Assembly (NCBI GenBank): GCA_039794845.1
Contig: JAUQVK010000011.1
Coordinates: 1-43,771, forward strand
Reading direction: 5' to 3'
Length of the DNA stretch: 43,771 nucleotides
Source of the DNA: Thermostichus sp. DRC_bins_24
GTDB lineage: Bacteria > Cyanobacteriota > Cyanobacteriia > Thermostichales > Thermostichaceae
The notes under the pieces are model-generated. The model ran no database searches and was not told the origin of the DNA. It saw only the letters and a list, made by a program, of their open reading frames with translations. The stretch's first letter is position 1; each line of letters opens with the position of its first letter. Made by a program: the position numbers and the translations under genes. Below are positions 16,447 to 26,567 of this stretch, piece by piece.

Positions 16447-18459
16447 TCAAGACAAGGGCTGATCGAGCAGATTGATGGCGGGGTTGCGGTCAAAGAAGTT
16501 GAAGGGAACCAGGGCAAAACCATGCCAGGCGGTAGGCATCACCGGCCAGTCTTCGGCCCTGGGGATATGGTGAAAGCCCAAGGTATACCACAAAACAACA
16601 TCCTGGTTGGGAAGTGGCCGTTTTTGGGCTGTCCACTGGGGTAATCCGGCGCCGGGATGGCTTTGGTTGGGGTAGGGGCCGGCTGCGTATTTTTCCTGGG
16701 GATGATAGGGGGTTACCCACAGGTGATAGCGGGTAAAGCCTGCCCGTTGCTGGGCCAGATCCGCCTCTGCCAGCAGCGACATCTGGTTATCGAGCGGCAT
16801 CAGTTGATAGCCGCTAGGGTTACCGACTGCGTTGGGATGCTCCGGGTTCACCACTCGCCATAGGCTGGGATGGGCATAGTCAAGGCGATATTTGGCCTCT
16901 GCTTCGGTTTTGGGGATCTCAGGCTTAAGGGTCCAGAGGCTGCGCCGTAGGCTATCCCTGACCCGCTGGGGTACCAAGTTGTCCTTGATAAAGGTGTTTG
17001 GGATCCCATCGACATCGAGATCCAAGCGGAAGCTGAAGAAGTGGTCGTGGTTGATCCCCACCAGATGGGGAGCCAGCAGGGTGCCGTAGGCCGTCTCCGC
17101 TTCAGCGGTGGGGCTTTGCATATCAACGGCAGCCACCTCCTTAACCGAGTCAATGCCGGTGGCCCCCACCCAGCCTTGGAGGGTTCCCGTCTGGCCCAGC
17201 ACCCAGTCCAAGATGTAGTCGTAGTTGCCCACGGTGCCGATCATTCGGATCACCAACCGTAGATCCGGGCGGCCCTCGTAGGTGCCGTTGGTGAACTCAC
17301 TGTGGCGCCAAACCGGATGGGCAGGGTTCTGCTCAAACACACAGATCACCCGCTCGGCGGTGTAAGGCCGACCGTGATCGTCTGCCAAGGTGGCATCCAA
17401 AAACAGGGCGTGGCTGGGGCAGTCGATCCCCGGCTGCAGAGGGGTAGCCAACATGCCAAACCCATACTCGCCAGAATCAAAGTAGGTGCGAAATGCCCAC
17501 GTGTAGACCGGATCCATATAGGGCACAAACATCTCCGAGAGGGTGGCCTGGTACAGCACCGGGCGCTCCACCCCCTGATCCCGGTAGCTGGCCACAGACA
17601 GGACGGTGCCCACCCTTTTATCCAGCCGCAGATGAAAGCTCCAATCCCGCCAGCGAAAAAGATGGCCATGCTGCTCCAGGTTGGATCCCTGGGGCTGACT
17701 GATCAAAACCGGTTTGGCCGGGGGCTGCAGCTCACCCACCGAGGTTTCATCATAATCATGGGGATCCTCCAGCAGGGGTAAAGGATCGCGCTCCACCAGC
17801 CGGATCACCTGCTGCGCCCCCAGATCCACCACCGCCAGCAGGCCTTCGATCGGCCGGGCAAAGGCATTGGTTTGGGTCCGGCGTTGATCAAAACAAACCA
17901 CCCGTAGCAGGCGCTTGCCTTCCTCCTCCGGCAGGGCAAAGTAACCCGCACTCAAGGGTACACAAAACACCTGGCTCAGATCGCTGATCCCGCGCCGTTG
18001 GGCTGCCGCTTGCCAGCCGGGATCCCCGACTGTGATCGCTTGGGCTGCAGCCCATTCCTCCAGCAAAATATTGGGCTGAACCCCTGTCTTGAGGGTCCAA
18101 GATTTGACCCGGCCTGCTGTCAGATCGACCTCCCCTTCAAACACCTGATCATGGTGCATGGCCACCACAAAGGCTGACCGCGGCACCCTCTGACCGGGCT
18201 GCCATTGCCAGACCAACTCCTTGTCAGGATCCTGAAGGGTGATCAGGGGATAAAGGGTCTGCTCATCCACATGGCCAGCCTGCCGCAGAAGTGCAACCGT
18301 TTGCTCATATTCAGCTGCGGTCAGCCCATCCAAAGGATGCACGCTATCCTCTGCGGCCTGGGCAGGGGCGATCCCTGTAGTCCAGAGCAGGCCACAGAGT
18401 AATAAGCACAGTGACAAACTGGTCAGCACAACTGACCGCAAACGACCCACTTTCAACAT
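16447..18459 (-). CDS. tynA: Copper-containing primary amine oxidase (TPQ-dependent), secreted
   Basis: TPQ consensus TVGNYDY, Cu ligands NHDH and GFHH, catalytic YFDSGEY, N-terminal signal peptide (APAQA). Confidence 0.93.
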   Translation of the reverse strand: MLKVGRLRSVVLTSLSLCLLLCGLLWTTGIAPAQAAEDSVHPLDGLTAAEYEQTVALLRQAGHVDEQTLYPLITLQDPDKELVWQWQPGQRVPRSAFVVAMHHDQVFEGEVDLTAGRVKSWTLKTGVQPNILLEEWAAAQAITVGDPGWQAAAQRRGISDLSQVFCVPLSAGYFALPEEEGKRLLRVVCFDQRRTQTNAFARPIEGLLAVVDLGAQQVIRLVERDPLPLLEDPHDYDETSVGELQPPAKPVLISQPQGSNLEQHGHLFRWRDWSFHLRLDKRVGTVLSVASYRDQGVERPVLYQATLSEMFVPYMDPVYTWAFRTYFDSGEYGFGMLATPLQPGIDCPSHALFLDATLADDHGRPYTAERVICVFEQNPAHPVWRHSEFTNGTYEGRPDLRLVIRMIGTVGNYDYILDWVLGQTGTLQGWVGATGIDSVKEVAAVDMQSPTAEAETAYGTLLAPHLVGINHDHFFSFRLDLDVDGIPNTFIKDNLVPQRVRDSLRRSLWTLKPEIPKTEAEAKYRLDYAHPSLWRVVNPEHPNAVGNPSGYQLMPLDNQMSLLAEADLAQQRAGFTRYHLWVTPYHPQEKYAAGPYPNQSHPGAGLPQWTAQKRPLPNQDVVLWYTLGFHHIPRAEDWPVMPTAWHGFALVPFNFFDRNPAINLLDQPLS

Positions 18460-18498
18460 GGCTATAAACTTTTTCGACTTTTTCGAGCAGGTTGCCTT

Positions 18499-18541
18499 AA
18501 GTTAGCTAAGTTGGGGGTCAGCTTGCGGTATCGGCCATAAC
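18499..18541 (-). promoter_or_regulatory. Putative NtcA class II promoter of the amine oxidase gene
   Basis: Minus strand GTT-ATGGCCGA-TAC (18541-18528), 23 nt, then TAACTT (18504-18499). Confidence 0.55.
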
Positions 18542-18845
18542 AAGCTTTTGGGTGATGAAAATACCCCTGGGATCCCGTCATGAGCCCTGTAGGGTAAGCC
18601 CATCAAGATTCCAGAGGCTGCTCGATGCGGATGGGATCCTTGAGCGGGCAGGGTTGCAGGCTGGGGCACTCTAGATAACCTAGATAACCTCTTGGGACTC
18701 TTCTTTGGGACTCTTCGATTCAAGTCTGTGGCGAGAAAGGGTAGCCAGACCGACCGATAACCCCCTTGGCAGGATCCTCCGCCTGGCTAGGATTGGGTAA
18801 AGCGTCTGTCCGAAACCTGTCAACTCAGCCGGAGGTTCGCCCCTA

Positions 18846-19679
18846 ATGTCTCGCGTACCCTACCGCCCGCCTATTCTGCTCAACCTGTTGAGTGGGATCC
18901 TTTTGGTCAGCAGCGGGACCCTGGTCGGAATGGTGCTCCCCCAGCAGGCCCAGCCCCAGCCTCAGCCAGACGCCAACCCCGCCCCCGGCGAACCTCCTCC
19001 GCCCACGCCTCAGATCCTGGCCACCCTGGCCCCACCCCAGCCCCAGGCCAATCCGCCAGCAGTAAATCCAGCAAACCAAGAGAGCTCTGCGAATCTAGAA
19101 GCGGAGATCCGGGAGATTCGCCAGCAGGTGATTCAGTTGTTGATGCGCATTGAGGAATTGGAGTCCCGCCTGCAACGGCTGCGTTCCCAAACGGCAGTGC
19201 CAGAACGGGTGACAGAATCTTCCACCGCTGCCGAAATCGCCCCAGGAGAAACTGGCGACCCTTTACCTCAGCCCACGCCTACCCCCACTCCCACCGCAAC
19301 GCCAACGCCGACTTCTTTTCAGGTGGGAACCCAAACCATTAGCCTGCCGGGGGATTTGCTGTTTGATTTTGACAAGGCAGAGATTCGACCGGAGGCGGCC
19401 TCACTTTTGGCTCAGGTGGCGGAATCTTTGCGAAAGATGCCGGAGGCTCGCGTTCAGGTGAACGGCCATACCGACAACATTGGCTCCCTAAATTACAACT
19501 TGGCCCTTTCGTTGCGCCGGGCCAATGCGGTGAAAGACTACTTGATCAAGTTGTTGCCAGAAGACCATCCCATCAGCTGGACAACCTCTGGCTTCGGCCC
19601 TACCTCCCCGGTGGCGGATAACGACACAGAAGCCGGACGACAACTGAACCGTCGTGTGGATTTGATCATCGCCCCCTAA
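18846..19679 (+). CDS. OmpA-family peptidoglycan-binding protein with coiled coil and Pro/Thr linkers
   Basis: LFDFDKAEI, GHTD, NLALSLRRA and NRRVD motifs. Confidence 0.9.
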   Translation: MSRVPYRPPILLNLLSGILLVSSGTLVGMVLPQQAQPQPQPDANPAPGEPPPPTPQILATLAPPQPQANPPAVNPANQESSANLEAEIREIRQQVIQLLMRIEELESRLQRLRSQTAVPERVTESSTAAEIAPGETGDPLPQPTPTPTPTATPTPTSFQVGTQTISLPGDLLFDFDKAEIRPEAASLLAQVAESLRKMPEARVQVNGHTDNIGSLNYNLALSLRRANAVKDYLIKLLPEDHPISWTTSGFGPTSPVADNDTEAGRQLNRRVDLIIAP

Positions 19680-19786
19680 CCTTCTGCAGATGAGCAGATG
19701 ACAAGCCAGGCCGGCAGCTTAGAATGCTGATATAGAGTGTTCGGCGCGCGGTTGATGCAGACGAGTTTCCCCCTGAGCTTTAGGGT

Positions 19787-20266
19787 TTGGCTTTGAACGC
19801 AGCAGGGATCCCTCCCGGTGATGGCCAAGCTTTTCCGCTGAGGGTCGGTACCACCCTAGATGCTCTCGGCCAGGTTTTGACGTGGTTTGAAAAGTTTCGC
19901 AATTCCGGCATTCCGGAGCCCATTTGGATGGAATGCCAGTTGGCCCTTGCGGAAGGGTTTACCAACGCCGTTCGCCACGCCCACCATGCCCTGCCAGAAA
20001 GTACCCCCATCGATATTGAGCTGCTGCTGGCACCCCAGGGGTTGGAGCTGCGCATCTGGGATCACGGGCAGGAGTTTGATCTGGAGGAGTTTGCGCAACA
20101 ATTGCCAGCAGAACTGGATACAGAGTCTGAAGGAGGCCGTGGCATTTTACTCATGAAGGCTCTGACCAGTCGGCTGAGTTACACTCGCCAGGCAGATGGC
20201 CGCAATTGCCTGTTGATTAGCAAGCGCTTTAACGATCCCGCTCGCATCCCACAGCGCCCCGGTTAG
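19787..20266 (+). CDS. Anti-sigma regulatory factor (RsbW-like, HATPase_c_2)
   Basis: EGFTNAVRHAH, IWDHG and EGGRGI motifs. Confidence 0.88.
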   Translation: MALNAAGIPPGDGQAFPLRVGTTLDALGQVLTWFEKFRNSGIPEPIWMECQLALAEGFTNAVRHAHHALPESTPIDIELLLAPQGLELRIWDHGQEFDLEEFAQQLPAELDTESEGGRGILLMKALTSRLSYTRQADGRNCLLISKRFNDPARIPQRPG

Positions 20267-21393
20267 GCAAACATGCCACCGCTTAACTTGCGAATGGCAG
20301 AGCCGGCCACATCGCTGTAGCGCAGTTCCCCCGCCAAGATTTGTCCCATACGCCGGGTGGCTCCCGGTCGTTTGACCCCCACTTTGTAGCCCAAGCCCGG
20401 AAAACGGTAGAACAGGGCCGCAATCCGCTTGGCCCAGCGCATTTCCGATCCCCATTCCTGCTGCACTTGGGCAGAGTAATTCGCCAACGCCTCTGCATTG
20501 CCAGCCAGGGCTTGATCGATGGCGTGGGCAGCCAACATGCCGGTCAGAAGAGAAGGACGGATCCCTTCGGCAGTAAAGGGATCGATGACACAGGCGGCAT
20601 CCCCAGCCAAGAGGGCATTTTGCGTGTGGAGGGGTTGATCTTCATCCCAGAGGCAGATGGGGTGGCCGAACGGCTTCACCGATTTCAAATCCACACCAAA
20701 GGTTTGGGCGTACCGGGTGGCGATCTCCCGTAGGTTTTGTTTTTCTCCGCCGCGAAAGGTGCCTGCCCCAATCGAGTAGCCATCCGCCTTGGGGAAGTTC
20801 CAAATGTAGCCGTTGCTCACGGCACCAAAGTCAAAATGGGCAGCGGCGGTTTGCGGTTGCGAGACAGGCACTTCTGCTTCCAAGGCAGCGGCCAAGCGTC
20901 GTTGCCGTTCCTGAAAGCCCAGCCATTTGGCCATGGAGCCCTTTGCCCCATCGGCCCCAACCACGTACTTTCCCCAGACGGGGCCAGAGGCTGTCATCAC
21001 CTGCCAGCGGTCGCTTTGCCATTCGATGCCCGAAACAGCACAGTCTGTCTGGAGAGAGGCCCCCTGTCCCTGTGCCTGCTGAATGAGGTAATGGTCGAAA
21101 ATATCCCGTCGCACCATCCACACCGGATCTTTCAGATCCAAGTCCGCCACCACCGGATCCCCGCTGCGCCAGGTATAGCGAATTTGCCGGATCCTCAGGG
21201 AAATGGCGGGGCCAAAGTCGAAGTCGAACCAGGCCGCCACCATAGGAGAAACCCCACCCCCACAGGGTTTGTAACGGGGCAAGGGATCCTTTTCCAGCAC
21301 CAGCACCGAGCGCCCCCGCTTGGCCAGATGATAGGCGGCGGATCCTCCCGCAGGGCCAGCACCGACGATCACACAATCGTAAAGTTGTGACAT
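20263..21393 (-). CDS. Geranylgeranyl reductase family FAD oxidoreductase
   Basis: GAGPAGG, RYKPCGGG, GADG and GDAACVIDPFTAEGI motifs. Confidence 0.92.
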   Translation of the reverse strand: MSQLYDCVIVGAGPAGGSAAYHLAKRGRSVLVLEKDPLPRYKPCGGGVSPMVAAWFDFDFGPAISLRIRQIRYTWRSGDPVVADLDLKDPVWMVRRDIFDHYLIQQAQGQGASLQTDCAVSGIEWQSDRWQVMTASGPVWGKYVVGADGAKGSMAKWLGFQERQRRLAAALEAEVPVSQPQTAAAHFDFGAVSNGYIWNFPKADGYSIGAGTFRGGEKQNLREIATRYAQTFGVDLKSVKPFGHPICLWDEDQPLHTQNALLAGDAACVIDPFTAEGIRPSLLTGMLAAHAIDQALAGNAEALANYSAQVQQEWGSEMRWAKRIAALFYRFPGLGYKVGVKRPGATRRMGQILAGELRYSDVAGSAIRKLSGGMFA

Positions 21394-21592
21394 AGCTTTT
21401 GATCCCCAACCCCGCAGATCCTGAGGCTCTGTTTGTCGGCTCCTAGCCTACCCCATTCATCTTTCTTCGGTGAGGGATCCATCTCTGTTCGGCCCTATTG
21501 CCCAGAGAAGATCCAAGGTGGCCAGGATAGCCCTTGCCTTCGTCGAGGATTCCCTGCTAGGGCGAATCTCCTTTAAGAATGATTAAGTCCAT

Positions 21593-21614
21593 AGATTTAC
21601 GGATCCGTAAATCT
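21593..21614. promoter_or_regulatory. Perfect 22-bp palindrome, candidate operator
   Basis: AGATTTACGGATCCGTAAATCT in the divergent intergenic region. Confidence 0.45.
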
Positions 21615-21677
21615 CCGCCTGATACTGACAACTGTGGAGATCCGGGCGGAGTGAAGGCTGTGAGTTCAAGGAAAAAA

Positions 21678-21691
21678 GTATTCTTCGATAC
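21678..21691 (+). promoter_or_regulatory. NtcA box upstream of urtA
   Basis: GTA-TTCTTCGA-TAC with an A-rich 5' flank; urt is a known NtcA target; the -10 at +22 (TTTGAT) is imperfect. Confidence 0.7.
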
Positions 21692-21896
21692 GATCCATTT
21701 TTGATCAAATCGGTTTGATGATACGAGTTTGAGCCAACAGTGACAAGCACCACTGTCGCGGGTAGTGGATCCTGACTTAATCTTTGTGAGTTGGAGCTGG
21801 CAGATTGCGCCCGAATAACGGGGTGGTGAGCGGCCTCAGGCTAACCCTTCTTGAATTGACCTCAAGATTCTGAACTGTTTACTTCGGAGATGACCA

Positions 21897-23168
21897 ATGG
21901 CTCAATCCTTCAATCGTCGTCAACTGTTAAAAATGGGTGCTCTGGCGGGGGCTGGGGCTGCCTTGGGACCACATCTTTGGGTGAAGCGTTCTTTGCCCGC
22001 TTACGCCCAAGGGGAAACCATTAGGGTGGGTATCTTGCACTCCCTCAGCGGTACCATGGCTATTTCGGAAACCAGTGTGGTGGATGCCGAGCAACTGGCC
22101 ATCAAAGAGATCAACGCCGCCGGTGGGGTATTGGGCAAACAGGTTGAGGCGATTGTGGAGGATGGAGCCTCCGATTGGCCCACCTTTGCCGAGAAAGCCA
22201 CCAAGTTAATCGATGCCGACCAGGTGGCTACGGTGTTCGGTTGCTGGACCTCGGCTAGCCGTAAAGCGGTATTGCCGGTGTTTGAATCCAAGCAGCATCA
22301 GCTTTGGTATCCGGTACAGTACGAAGGGCAGGAGTGCTCCAAAAACATCTTCTACACCGGGGCGGCCCCCAACCAGCAGATCGAGCCGTCGGTAGAATGG
22401 CTGCTGAACAACAAAGGCAAAGAGTTTTTCCTGGTGGGCTCCGACTATGTGTTCCCCCGCACCGCCAACACCATCATCAAGGCGCAACTGGAAGCCCTGG
22501 GGGGCACCGTGGTGGGGGAAGACTACCTGCCTTTGGGCAACACGGAAGTGACCCCGATCATCAGCAAGATTCGGGCGGCCCTGCCCAATGGAGGCGTGAT
22601 CTACAACAGCTTGAACGGCGACAGCAACGTGGCTTTCTTCACCCAGTTGCAGGGGGCGGGCTTGGGGCCGGATCGCTATCCCTCCATGTCCGTCAGCATT
22701 GCTGAAGAAGAGGTGCAGGCGATTGGCCCTGATTTTCTGGAGGGGCACTTTGCTGCTTGGAACTACTTCATGACCGTGGATACCCCCGCCAACAAGAAGT
22801 TCGTGGAGGCCTTCCGGGCCGAATACGGCCAAAATCGCGTCACCAACGACCCGATGGAAGCCGCCTACATCATGGTGTACCTCTGGAAGCAGGCGGCGGA
22901 AAAGGCCGGAACCGTGGAAATTGACGAGGTTCGCAAAGCCGCTTACGGCCAAACCTTCGACGCACCCCAGGGCTTAGTAACCATGAATACTAACCACCAC
23001 CTGACCAAGTATGTGCGAATTGGGGAGGTACGCTCCGACGGTTTGTTCGAGGTGATCTCGGCTACAGATGCGGTGGAGCCGCAGCCTTGGAACCAGTTTG
23101 TAGCGGAAACCAAGGGCTACGCCTGCGACTGGTCGGATCCGGCCAAGGGGGGGCGCTTCCGGGTGTAA
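21897..23168 (+). CDS. urtA: Urea ABC transporter substrate-binding protein (Tat signal)
   Basis: [24 protein letters not shown] and YPVQYEGQE motifs; NRRQLLK signal. Confidence 0.97.
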   Translation: MAQSFNRRQLLKMGALAGAGAALGPHLWVKRSLPAYAQGETIRVGILHSLSGTMAISETSVVDAEQLAIKEINAAGGVLGKQVEAIVEDGASDWPTFAEKATKLIDADQVATVFGCWTSASRKAVLPVFESKQHQLWYPVQYEGQECSKNIFYTGAAPNQQIEPSVEWLLNNKGKEFFLVGSDYVFPRTANTIIKAQLEALGGTVVGEDYLPLGNTEVTPIISKIRAALPNGGVIYNSLNGDSNVAFFTQLQGAGLGPDRYPSMSVSIAEEEVQAIGPDFLEGHFAAWNYFMTVDTPANKKFVEAFRAEYGQNRVTNDPMEAAYIMVYLWKQAAEKAGTVEIDEVRKAAYGQTFDAPQGLVTMNTNHHLTKYVRIGEVRSDGLFEVISATDAVEPQPWNQFVAETKGYACDWSDPAKGGRFRV

Positions 23169-23188
23169 TGTTCACGGGAGGCGTGGAG

Positions 23189-23223
23189 GGGATCCCTGGC
23201 TGCAATGGGCGGTTGGGGATCCC
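23189..23223 (+). terminator. Stem-loop after urtA
   Basis: GGGATCCC-TGGCTGC-AATGG-GCGGTTG-GGGATCCC pairs using G-U wobbles; followed by GCTTT. Confidence 0.45.
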
Positions 23224-23305
23224 GCTTTACTGTTAGTTCATGGAGAGTATTCAGTCTTCCTCGTATGAGGCCTCCTAGGTTATTTCGGATAAGGATCCCC
23301 TGCTT

Positions 23306-24463
23306 ATGACTTTGCTCTTCGACAGTTTGTTTAACGGCATCAGTATCGGCACCGTTTTGTTGATCGCAGCTTTGGGCCTGGCGATTGTTTTTGGCCTCAT
23401 GGGGGTGATCAACATGGCCCACGGCGAGCTGATGATGTTGGGGGCCTACACCACCTTCGTGGTACAAAATGTTTTCCGGCAATTGGGGGATCCCTGGCGG
23501 GATTTTTACATTTTTCCGGCTTTGATTGCCGCTTTTGGGGTAACGGCGCTGGTGGGGTTGATCCTAGAGCGGGGGGTGATTCGCTTTCTGTATGGCCGCC
23601 CGCTGGAGACCCTACTGGCCACTTGGGGGGTGAGCTTGATACTGCAGCAGTTTGTGCGCAGCGTCAATTGGGTGCTGGCTCTGCGGCTGGGGGGGTTTAG
23701 TCTGCTGTTCTTTGGGGGTTGGTGGTTGTTGGCGCGGCGGGTGGACTGGTCGCGGATCAAAGGCTGGGTGCTGGCTCTGTTGCTGGTGCTCTCCACGGCC
23801 ATTGTCACGGTGGGGGGGCGGGTGCTGGCCCAGACCTACGCTCTGGCAGTTACGCAACCCTGGTTTGGGGCCCAAAACAGAGATGTGACGGCTCCCCGTT
23901 GGCTGCGGGGCGGCATTCCAGTAGGTAACCTGTTTTTGCCCAATACCCGTTTGTTCATCATTACCCTGACCGTTGTTTGCATCATCGGGCTGTACCTTTT
24001 TCTGCAACGTACCCGCTGGGGACTGCGGATCCGGGCGGTTACCCAAAATCGGGCCATGAGCGCCTGTGTCGGGATTCCTACCCGAACTGTCGATGCCCTC
24101 ACCTTTGCCATCGGCTCCGGTCTGGCGGGGGTGGCTGGGGTAGCGGTGAGTTTGCTGGGATCCGTAGGGCCGAATACCGGTCAGAACTACATCGTCGATA
24201 CTTTTATGGTGGTGGTGGTGGGAGGCGTAGGCAAGCTCTTGGGCAGCATTGTGGCGGCCCTGGGGATTGGCATTGCCAACTTTTTGATCGGCTCCGGCAC
24301 CTTGGCCCTGATTTTTCCGGGAGTCCCGATTTTGACGGATACCCTCAACTTTTTTGCCACCACCAGCATGGCCAAGGTGATGGTGTTTGCCCTGATCGTG
24401 GCCTTTTTGCAGGTGCGCCCCCGTGGTCTTTTCCCAGAAAAGGGCCGCACGGTAGATGCCTAG
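23306..24463 (+). CDS. urtB: Urea ABC transporter permease
   Basis: GVINMAHGE, ETLLATWG and RIRAVTQNR motifs. Confidence 0.95.
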   Translation: MTLLFDSLFNGISIGTVLLIAALGLAIVFGLMGVINMAHGELMMLGAYTTFVVQNVFRQLGDPWRDFYIFPALIAAFGVTALVGLILERGVIRFLYGRPLETLLATWGVSLILQQFVRSVNWVLALRLGGFSLLFFGGWWLLARRVDWSRIKGWVLALLLVLSTAIVTVGGRVLAQTYALAVTQPWFGAQNRDVTAPRWLRGGIPVGNLFLPNTRLFIITLTVVCIIGLYLFLQRTRWGLRIRAVTQNRAMSACVGIPTRTVDALTFAIGSGLAGVAGVAVSLLGSVGPNTGQNYIVDTFMVVVVGGVGKLLGSIVAALGIGIANFLIGSGTLALIFPGVPILTDTLNFFATTSMAKVMVFALIVAFLQVRPRGLFPEKGRTVDA

Positions 24464-24492
24464 GATGGGATAGAAGCAATGCGAGGGATCCC

Positions 24493-24939
24493 ATGCCAGA
24501 AACCTTAGAATCATCCCAAACCGCTAGCCTCTACGAGCAGGATTTCTACCTCTGGATCCTGGATACGGTGGAACGTCTCAAGAATCGGGATTTCGATTAC
24601 CTAGATCTGGAAAACTTAATTGACGAGGTGGAGAGCTTGGGCCGCTCTGAAAGGCGGGAGATCCTCAATCGGGCAGAAATTCTCCTGCCACATCTTTTCA
24701 AACGGTGCTACTTGCTTCAGCCGGAAAATTACCACAGTTGGGAATTCACCATCCGTGAGCAGCGGCGGCAAATGCAGCGTAACCTCAAAGATTCTCCCAG
24801 TTTGAACCGTTTGCTTCTGGAAAGCCTGCCGGAACTCTTGCAGGAGGCTCAGAAGACTGTCCAATTTGAATATCCTGACCAAAGGATTCCTGAGCAGTTG
24901 CCTGTAGATCTGACGCTACAGACTTTATTGAGCGATTGA
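24493..24939 (+). CDS. DUF29 family protein
   Basis: LYEQDFYLW, LDLENLIDEVESLGRSE, TIREQR and DSPSL motifs; ATG at 24493. Confidence 0.9.
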   Translation: MPETLESSQTASLYEQDFYLWILDTVERLKNRDFDYLDLENLIDEVESLGRSERREILNRAEILLPHLFKRCYLLQPENYHSWEFTIREQRRQMQRNLKDSPSLNRLLLESLPELLQEAQKTVQFEYPDQRIPEQLPVDLTLQTLLSD

Positions 24940-24949
24940 GCGAATCTTT

Positions 24950-26128
24950 TTGGCCAGATCCTCCCTCCTCTACCCCTCAGACCCCATGAAAGTGCTTCAC
25001 CCCACTGATTCTCAAGTGATGGCGACTCCGGCCCAGGATCGGGATCCCTCTCCCCGCCGGAAGCTCCTGCTGGAAGCAATGCTCCTGATCGGGGTGATAC
25101 TCGCCCTAATCTTTCTGGCTCCGGCCATGTTGTCCGGTTTTCGTCTCAACCTGTTGGGTCGCTTCTTGGCCTTGAGTATTGTGGCCCTGGGGATCGACCT
25201 CATCTGGGGCTATACGGGCATGCTCAGCCTGGGGCACGGGGTGTTTTTTGCCTTGGGGGGATACGCCCTGGGAATGCACCTAAACTTGCAACTGCCGGAG
25301 GGCCGGATCCCGGAATTTTTTAGCTTGTATGGGGTGACAGAGTTGCCTTGGTTTTGGCGACCTTTTTATTCTTTTCCCTTTACGGCTATCGCTATTGTTT
25401 TGATCCCGGCTTCGGTGGCGGCGGCCTTGGGCTATTTGGTGGTGCGAAACCGGATTCGGGGGGTGTATTTTTCCATTTTGACGCAGGCCACAACGATCAT
25501 TTTCTTTAATTTCTTCAATGGGCAGCAACGGCTGATTAACGGCACCAACGGATTGACGGATTTTAGAACTTTGTTTGGCCTCAATGTCAATTCTTCTGAG
25601 ATGCGCTTTGCGGTTTATGTAACCACCATTCTGTTCGTGGCTTTGGCCTATATCCTTTGCCGTTGGCTCACCAGCGGCTTGTTTGGACGGATCCTCGTGG
25701 CGATTCGGGATGATGAACCGCGGGTACGCTTTTCCGGCTACGATCCCACGGGGTTTAAGGTGCTGGTGTTCGCTGTTTCTGCAGGGTTGGCAGGGATTGC
25801 CGGTGCTTTATTTACTCTGCAAACCGGGATTATCTCTCCCAATGCCATGTCTATTCCCTTTTCCATTGAGATGGTGATTTGGGTGGCAGTGGGGGGCCGA
25901 GCCAGCCTGGTAGGGGCGGTAATCGGGGCGGTGTTGGTGAACTTTGCCAGGAGTATTCTCAGTGAGAATTTCCCGGAAATTTGGCTATTCTTCCAAGGGG
26001 GGCTATTTCTACTGGTGGTGCTGGTGCTGCCGGATGGATTGGTGGGTTGGGTGCGTACCCAAGGGAAGCAACTGTGGGTCACTTTCCAACTGTGGCGCAG
26101 ACGCTTAGTCAATACCACTCCAGCTTAA
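24950..26128 (+). CDS. urtC: Urea ABC transporter permease
   Basis: WGYTGMLSLGH, GVYFSILTQA and WVAVGGR motifs; the true start may be ATG 24986 or 25019. Confidence 0.95.
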   Translation: MARSSLLYPSDPMKVLHPTDSQVMATPAQDRDPSPRRKLLLEAMLLIGVILALIFLAPAMLSGFRLNLLGRFLALSIVALGIDLIWGYTGMLSLGHGVFFALGGYALGMHLNLQLPEGRIPEFFSLYGVTELPWFWRPFYSFPFTAIAIVLIPASVAAALGYLVVRNRIRGVYFSILTQATTIIFFNFFNGQQRLINGTNGLTDFRTLFGLNVNSSEMRFAVYVTTILFVALAYILCRWLTSGLFGRILVAIRDDEPRVRFSGYDPTGFKVLVFAVSAGLAGIAGALFTLQTGIISPNAMSIPFSIEMVIWVAVGGRASLVGAVIGAVLVNFARSILSENFPEIWLFFQGGLFLLVVLVLPDGLVGWVRTQGKQLWVTFQLWRRRLVNTTPA

Positions 26129-26161
26129 AAGGACAGTTTAAGGTAAAAGGGATCCGAAACC

Positions 26162-26527
26162 ATGGCGCAGATGACGATGCCAACCACCCTCACCCCACCT
26201 CCTTCTCTGGAGGACTTCCTCGAGTTGCCGGTGGATGAGAATAACGAACCTGCGGATGATGTTTTAATACCACCGGATTGGATGATCGAGATTCTCTCTC
26301 CTGATCAGAAATCCGGCTTGGTGATTCGCAAGATTTTGTTCTCCCTGGAGCAAGGAGGGCAGCTGGCCTGGCTGATCGATCCGGCGGATTGCTCGGTGGT
26401 AGCCTTTTATCCGGATCGGTTGCCCAAAAGCCTACAGGGATCCGATCCCTTACCTGTTTTACAGGGGATCCCTTGGTCAATCACCGTCGATGGTTTGTTT
26501 GAGTCGCTGAAAATCAGTCGAAGATGA
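26162..26527 (+). pseudogene. Uma2-family endonuclease with an in-frame internal deletion
   Basis: SLEDFLELP joins directly to VDEN...PPDWMIEILSPDQ; the EYIDG/KPMP/ELRC/PD segment normally in between is missing. Confidence 0.75.
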
Positions 26528-26567
26528 AGGGTTAGCCTCAATCCTGACTTTTTGGATACAAGTAACT

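Noticed and set aside
23977..24492. 320-aa ORF as an extended DUF29 fusion
   Set aside because: The upstream part is an alternative frame inside urtB; DUF29 similarity starts at ATG 24493.
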